Positions 59,114 to 64,000 of a stretch of DNA of 64,000 nucleotides are shown in pieces (within the stretch, counting starts at the first letter, position 1; the number at the start of each line of letters is the position of its first letter). The notes under the pieces are model-generated. The model was not told the DNA's origin. It searched no databases and saw only the letters and a list, made by a program, of their open reading frames with translations. Made by a program: the position numbers and the translations under genes. Source of the stretch: Kiritimatiellia bacterium (lineage in GTDB: Bacteria > Verrucomicrobiota > Kiritimatiellia > RFP12 > UBA1067); the NCBI GenBank assembly GCA_028700415.1, contig JAQVSS010000001.1, forward strand, positions 955 through 64,954. Direction: 5' to 3'.

Positions 59114-60880
59114 TCACAGCAGCGCTTCTTCGAGCTTGGCCTTGAGCTGGTCGAGCGTCAGACGCTCCTGTTGCATGGTGTCGCGGTCGCGCAGGGTCAC
59201 CGTGCCGTCGTCCAGCGTCTGAAAATCGATGGTCACGCACCACGGCGTGCCGATCTCGTCCTGACGGCGATAGCGACGGCCGATCGCGCCGCCCTCGTCC
59301 CAGAACGCGGCGCAGCGGCGGCGCAGGTGCCCGAAGATCTCGCGGGCCTTGTTGTAGACCTCAGGCTTGTTCTTGACCAGCGGGAAAACAGCGACCTTCA
59401 CCGGCGCGATGCGCGGGCTGAAGTGCATGACGACGCGCACGTCCTCTTTGCCCTTCTCGTCCGTCAGCTTCTGCTCCTCGTAGGCGTTGCAGAGCAGCGC
59501 CAGCATCATGCGGTCCACGCCCGCGGAGGGTTCGATCACATGCGGGACGTACTTGCCCTCGAAGAGTTTCGCCACGAAGGCGCGGGCCGCCTCGGCATCC
59601 TTGCCGCGTGTGGCCCACTCGGCCGACACCTTCGCGGTGAAGGCGGCCTTGGCCGCCTCGTCCAGTTTCGCGGCGGCCAGCTTGAGCGGCTCGTCGAAGA
59701 CCTCCATGCTCTTGCCGCTGTGCTTCTGGTGCTGCGTGAGGTCGAAGTCCGAGCGCGCGGCGATCCCTTCAAGCTCCTGCACGCCGAAGGGGAAACTGTA
59801 TTCGATGTCCACGCAGGCGCGGGCGTAGTGGGCGAGTTCCTCGGGCTTCTGCCAGTACTCCACAAACGAATCCTTGGGCAGTCCGCACGCCTGAATCCAC
59901 GCTTTGCGCTGCTCAACCCAATATTTGTGCCACACCTCCCAGCCCCACGACGCCTGCGGAACCGAGAGATCCGGGCTGTCGGCCATGGTCGTGACGGTGC
60001 CGCAGATCAGCTCGACCGCCTCGTCAGGCCGGATGAAGAACTCCAGTTCCATCTGCTCGAACTCGCGCGAGCGGAAAGTATAGTTGCGGGGCGTCACCTC
60101 GTTGCGGAACGATTTGCCCATCTGCGCGATGCCGAACGGCACCTGCTGACGGCTGGTGACCTGCACGTTCTGGAACTGCGCGAAGATCGCCTGCGCGGTC
60201 TCGGGCCGCAGGTACGCGACGTTGGCGGGATCGTCCACCGGGCCGACGACGGTCTTGAACATCAGGTTGAAGGGGCGCGGCTCGGTCAACTCGCCGCCGC
60301 AGTAGGGACACGGCGTCACTGCGGGCTGGGAGCCTTTCGCGTTAGCGAGCAGCACGTAGAGCGCCTGCGCGTCCGCGTAAGCGGCGGGATCCGCCTTGAT
60401 CTTCTCGAATGCCGCAGTCAATGCGTCCGCGTCACGTACGGCGGCGAGGTTCGGGGCAAGGCCTTTGGCCTTTCCTTTACACCAGCCCGCCACCTTGCCC
60501 GCGTCCACACCCCCAACAATCAGCGCGGCCAAGCCCTGTCCGATTTCGCCGTCCGCCAGAATGTCCCAGACCTGGTCCGCACGCATCAGTTTTTTGCAGG
60601 ACTTGCAGGTGCTCATGGGATCCGAAAACGTGTCGAGGTGGCCGGACGCCTTCCAGATGGCCGGGTGCATGATGATGGTGGCATCAAGACCCGCCACATC
60701 CTCGCGGTTGCGGACCGTGGTCTTCCACCAGTCCTCCTTGATGTTGCGCTTCATCTCGCAGCCCAAAGGCCCGTAATCCCAAAATCCGTTGATCCCGCCA
60801 TAAATCTCGGAACTGTGGAAAATAAACCCGCGGCGCTTGCACAGCGAAGAAATGACATCCAGACTATTCGTGGTCGGCAT
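59114..60880 (-). CDS. glyQS: glycine--tRNA ligase (alpha2 dimeric GlyQS type)
   Basis: IYGGINGFWDYGPLG, class II aaRS motifs (FRNE, GVDR) and C-terminal anticodon-binding domain. 588 aa with insertions. Confidence 0.9.
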   Translation of the reverse strand: MPTTNSLDVISSLCKRRGFIFHSSEIYGGINGFWDYGPLGCEMKRNIKEDWWKTTVRNREDVAGLDATIIMHPAIWKASGHLDTFSDPMSTCKSCKKLMRADQVWDILADGEIGQGLAALIVGGVDAGKVAGWCKGKAKGLAPNLAAVRDADALTAAFEKIKADPAAYADAQALYVLLANAKGSQPAVTPCPYCGGELTEPRPFNLMFKTVVGPVDDPANVAYLRPETAQAIFAQFQNVQVTSRQQVPFGIAQMGKSFRNEVTPRNYTFRSREFEQMELEFFIRPDEAVELICGTVTTMADSPDLSVPQASWGWEVWHKYWVEQRKAWIQACGLPKDSFVEYWQKPEELAHYARACVDIEYSFPFGVQELEGIAARSDFDLTQHQKHSGKSMEVFDEPLKLAAAKLDEAAKAAFTAKVSAEWATRGKDAEAARAFVAKLFEGKYVPHVIEPSAGVDRMMLALLCNAYEEQKLTDEKGKEDVRVVMHFSPRIAPVKVAVFPLVKNKPEVYNKAREIFGHLRRRCAAFWDEGGAIGRRYRRQDEIGTPWCVTIDFQTLDDGTVTLRDRDTMQQERLTLDQLKAKLEEALL

Positions 60881-61025
60881 AAGAATCCTTCATGACTGAC
60901 CGCATTCAAAATAATGCGGGCTTAAAGCGTTGCATTTTCACCCAAACCGCATCGGTTAGGCAAGTGAAATATGCCCCTGATCTGCGCGGGAAAACGGCTT
61001 TTCACAAAGGCGGGCACAACGCCGC

Positions 61026-63341
61026 TCAGAACGCCCGTTTGGCGACGGGCGTCAACAGGTAAGCCTTGAAGGCGAAATCCGGGCGGAAGTGCGGGACAGG
61101 GATTGAGAGCACGCTGTCCTGCGTCCGCACATCGAAACGGCGCACAGCGGTTCCGGTCGCCGTCTCAAAAAACTCCACGCGGAAAATACCGGGCGTGAGC
61201 CCGTCTATCGCGATGGTCAGGTGGCCGGCCTCAGGCGGCGGCTCCGCCGCACGCGCAAACCGTGTGGGATAGATGTAACCGCGCGCCTTTTCCGGCGAGG
61301 CCGTGCAGACCGCATTGAATTTCTTAAGCAGGCTTTGATCCCCATTGTCCGGCACGCTCAGCGTCACCGGAACCCGCTTCGCGGCGGTGTCGCGCGGATC
61401 CGTGTTCTCCATAAACCTCTTCACGGCGGTGTACTGGACATAAAGGTTGTTCTCATCGACCACCTGCCACCACCAGAACATGGGCACCCCCGCCAGCGGC
61501 ACGCACGCGCCGACCCAGAGCGCGGCATGCTGCTCGATCATCAAATGCTCGCGCCCCGCCGCCATTGGCGAGCCCCCAAACTCCGTAATGAGAATGGGTT
61601 TGTTGTAGGCCGCACCCGCATCGGCGGTGCTTGCGGCCAAGGCAATGATGCGTTCCGGCTGGCCGTGATGGTAGGCGTCAAGGGGCGTGAAATCCATCTC
61701 GGGCAGGTTGCAGAGCACAGGGTTAAGAAACGTATAGTCGTTGGAGATGTGGGAAGAGACCAGATGCCCGTAAGGGTCGATCGTCTTGAGGTAGGCGCCT
61801 ATCACCCGGCACCACTCGACAACCTCGGGAACGAAGTGGGTGCGGTGGTGGGTCTCATGCCCCGTCAGGTTCAGCTCGCTGCACAGCTCGTATCCGAAGA
61901 TCACCGGGGCCCACCCCCAACGCGCTTGGGTATACCGGCAGAAACGCTTCTGCATCTCAATGGCGCGCCCGTCACTGAAGAATTCGAGCGGCATGGTCAA
62001 CCAGCCGCCGGGGGTGGCTTTGTTGTAGGGATGCAGGTGCCACTCCGGGTCGCACCAGGAGCTGATGCGCCCGTGGTAGTTCAGCACCAAATTGAGATAG
62101 ATACGGTGCTGGAAAGCGAGGTCGATGACGCGGTCCAATTCCCACGCATTGCCCATGTGGTAATCGTTCGCGCCATGGTAACCGCTCACGCCCTCGGTCC
62201 ATTCCAGCCCGAGCGACCAGGCGCTCATCCAAACCTCGGCCATGTTTTCGCCCGCATCCTGCATGCGCTTGAAATATCGGCGGTAGGCGGTCGTACCTTC
62301 CTCCTTACGGAAAACCCAAGGGAACTTGTCGTCCATCCGCGAGTCGGTGGCGGAGCGCACGTTGTGGCCGATCGGGTAGTAGAGCGTCGCGTCGTCGAAC
62401 TCGAAATACCGGCGGTCTTTTTGCGAAACGCGCACAAAACGCGGGGCATTTTCCGCAGGCGGGGCCGCGGTAAACCGCAGGGCATTCGTGACGATGGCTG
62501 TACCCAAGGCGTCGCGTGCGTACAGCGTGACCGCATGTTCGCCCGGCACACGCGGACAGAAGCGCACACGCCATTCCGGCTGACCATCCGGCTCGACCGG
62601 TTCGCCGAGTTCGTCCTCGAGCCGGTAGTGCGGCTGATAATAAAAGGCATGGACCGTGTTGGTCCTCCCGTCCGGAGTGGTGATGGTCGCGCCGGTGTCG
62701 ATCTGCGTCGGGTCGAAAGGGTTGGCGTACCGGTCCGGCAAGTCGAAACGGGCCTCGTAAAGCGACAGCGCCTGAGCCGCACGGGTCACCGGGCGGATTT
62801 TCGCAATCACCGGCGGTCCGGCAACCTCCCGCGTCTCGAGGGTTGCGGACACGAGAACACACTTCCCGGTGAATGCTGTGTCCGAGAAGACACGGAAACC
62901 GACGGATTGCGGATTGAGACGCACGCGGTGATGCCACACGAGGGAGTGGCCCGGCGTCTGCCAGCCGGCGGCTCCCGGCTGAAAAGGGATCACCAGCGAA
63001 TTGGTCTGACCTCCCGCCAGGGGAGTGGCAACCAGGTTCTGGTGCCAATAATCGTCGCGGTCTTTCAGCCACACCAGTGCCCTCGACTCGACAGGCGCGC
63101 CCGCAGGCCAGACGAGACTCAGGTGAAGCGCAGCGGCCTCAAGCCAGTTCGTGGCATGAGGCACATGCAGAGTCAGGTTACATTCGCCCGGGAAGACGAA
63201 CCCCACCTCAAGCGGCAACGTCTGGGCCGCCCCCCCCTTGACAGGCGAAACGCCGAGCGGGACGGTTCCAGCCCACAACCGGAATACGGAAATCAGGGCA
63301 ACGCCGACGACAGCGAACCGGTTTACGCTAAAGAATAACAT
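61026..63341 (-). CDS. secreted glycoside hydrolase, DUF5060 N-terminal domain plus GH5-like TIM barrel
   Basis: Signal MLFFSVNRFAVVGVALISVF from the ATG at 63341. (beta/alpha)8 catalytic region with NE-type acid/base (VLNYHG) and nucleophile context ILITEFGG. ORF track 61026..63431. Confidence 0.7.
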   Translation of the reverse strand: MLFFSVNRFAVVGVALISVFRLWAGTVPLGVSPVKGGAAQTLPLEVGFVFPGECNLTLHVPHATNWLEAAALHLSLVWPAGAPVESRALVWLKDRDDYWHQNLVATPLAGGQTNSLVIPFQPGAAGWQTPGHSLVWHHRVRLNPQSVGFRVFSDTAFTGKCVLVSATLETREVAGPPVIAKIRPVTRAAQALSLYEARFDLPDRYANPFDPTQIDTGATITTPDGRTNTVHAFYYQPHYRLEDELGEPVEPDGQPEWRVRFCPRVPGEHAVTLYARDALGTAIVTNALRFTAAPPAENAPRFVRVSQKDRRYFEFDDATLYYPIGHNVRSATDSRMDDKFPWVFRKEEGTTAYRRYFKRMQDAGENMAEVWMSAWSLGLEWTEGVSGYHGANDYHMGNAWELDRVIDLAFQHRIYLNLVLNYHGRISSWCDPEWHLHPYNKATPGGWLTMPLEFFSDGRAIEMQKRFCRYTQARWGWAPVIFGYELCSELNLTGHETHHRTHFVPEVVEWCRVIGAYLKTIDPYGHLVSSHISNDYTFLNPVLCNLPEMDFTPLDAYHHGQPERIIALAASTADAGAAYNKPILITEFGGSPMAAGREHLMIEQHAALWVGACVPLAGVPMFWWWQVVDENNLYVQYTAVKRFMENTDPRDTAAKRVPVTLSVPDNGDQSLLKKFNAVCTASPEKARGYIYPTRFARAAEPPPEAGHLTIAIDGLTPGIFRVEFFETATGTAVRRFDVRTQDSVLSIPVPHFRPDFAFKAYLLTPVAKRAF

Positions 63342-63427
63342 ATTGAATGACTGAGCAAACGGTATGCCAGCCGAACGGGACGACATAAAAAATATGCCCG
63401 CCCAAAAAGGGCGGGCCATGCGCCATA

Positions 63428-63529
63428 TCATTGCGCCGCTTTCTTGGCCTTTTTCTCCATGCGCTTTTCTTTCAGCGTCTTGGTCGGTTTCTTTTTCTCT
63501 TCTTTCTTCGCGTCATGATTTTTGGCCAT
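63428..63529 (-). CDS. possible small lysine-rich protein (33 aa)
   Basis: Manual translation MAKNHDAKKEEKKKPTKTLKEKRMEKKAKKAAQ, with GAGGT upstream. 87 nt upstream of the GH5 gene. Below the ORF-track size cutoff, and low-complexity composition makes it uncertain. Confidence 0.25.
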   Translation of the reverse strand: MAKNHDAKKEEKKKPTKTLKEKRMEKKAKKAAQ

Positions 63530-63651
63530 ACCTCGCACCCTCCACTTGTGCCATACGTCACACCTCGTGTGTCGCACAGCGTTCTTTAGACATTACGGGT
63601 GAACAATAACAAGTGGCCGCGACCGTGTCAATGGGGCGCAGTCCGGAAGGG

Positions 63652-63680
63652 TTGACGTCCCCGCAAATGTCCGATAAATT
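63652..63680 (+). promoter_or_regulatory. candidate sigma70-like promoter in the terminal noncoding region
   Basis: TTGACG, 17 nt, then TAAATT. Followed by an ORF-poor stretch extending to the window end. Confidence 0.2.
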
Positions 63681-64000
63681 ATTTTTTGCATTCTGGATGT
63701 CGAACCGCGGAGCAGATCCGCTTGAAACCGGTCATGCCACACATACACCATACGTCCCATCGAACACACTCCGCAAGGCGGAGCCGCAACGCTGCCACTG
63801 AGGGCCATTCTCAACGAAGGGCCGTCATCACCGGCGGAAGCGGCTGTATCCTGGAGGCGGACGCGCAAGCGGAGGATCGCGGACAGTCCCGCCCCCATCG
63901 TTCACCCCGGGCCGCCGCAGCCGGCAAGAACGCCGCTGCCGCATGCGTCCTGTTCGCCTCCCTAGGGCTCGGCTGCGCGCTGGCCGCTGAAATCAACGTG

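Noticed and set aside
61221-63338. 705-aa plus-strand ORF
   Set aside because: Antisense to the GH5/DUF5060 gene, with the same high-GC artefact pattern.
63661-63720. tmRNA-like 5' motif (ttctggatgtcgaacc)
   Set aside because: Resembles the tmRNA 5' region TTCTGGATTCGAC. It lacks the GGGG acceptor start and a matching 3' CCA-adjacent stem, and no tRNA-like domain can be folded.

Overview
This is a high-GC, gene-dense bacterial chromosomal segment with about 58 protein-coding genes and few intergenic gaps. The conserved core comprises: tsaD; a ctpA-like S41 peptidase; tadA; yggS; recR; ybaB; murJ; an msbA-like ABC exporter; trxB; a pilB/gspE-pilT-pilB/gspE ATPase trio; gatCAB; a lipid-synthesis cluster (yceD-rpmF-plsX-fabD-fabG-acpP) with a separate fabH-fabF-fabZ block; coaD; rsmD; ruvA; glyQS. 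The accessory content includes TAT-exported sugar oxidoreductase and isomerase genes, two PF12831-type FAD-dependent oxidoreductases, a GH5/DUF5060 hydrolase, an SGNH hydrolase and a GT2 glycosyltransferase. No rRNA gene or CRISPR array was found. I also found no convincing tRNA, although only the longer intergenic gaps were searched for tRNA. Several features stand out. (1) A translationally coupled ABC/AAA ATPase plus a DUF4276 protein with a Toprim-like E...DxD signature looks like a split OLD/AbiL-like abortive-infection pair. Its downstream partner larB (a nickel-pincer, NaAD-processing enzyme) starts on an ATGA overlap, and a cation/proton antiporter fused to two PTS EIIA-type domains follows. 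(2) An IS200-like REP-associated tyrosine transposase domain is fused in-frame to a DprA/SLOG-like Rossmann domain inside the ybaB-recR-yggS operon. It carries an in-frame array of four about-20-bp palindromic REP-like hairpins within its own coding sequence. (3) A partner-switching signalling module has a STAS antagonist, an NMT1-type solute-binding protein and a single dCache-HAMP-PP2C-HATPase (RsbU+RsbW-like) fusion protein. It sits divergent from a zinc-ribbon Ser/Thr kinase, with no sigma factor nearby. Start codons were set from reading-frame arithmetic and signal-peptide or N-terminal family logic, and several use GTG or TTG. All family assignments come from motif recognition by eye and need HMM or BLAST confirmation.
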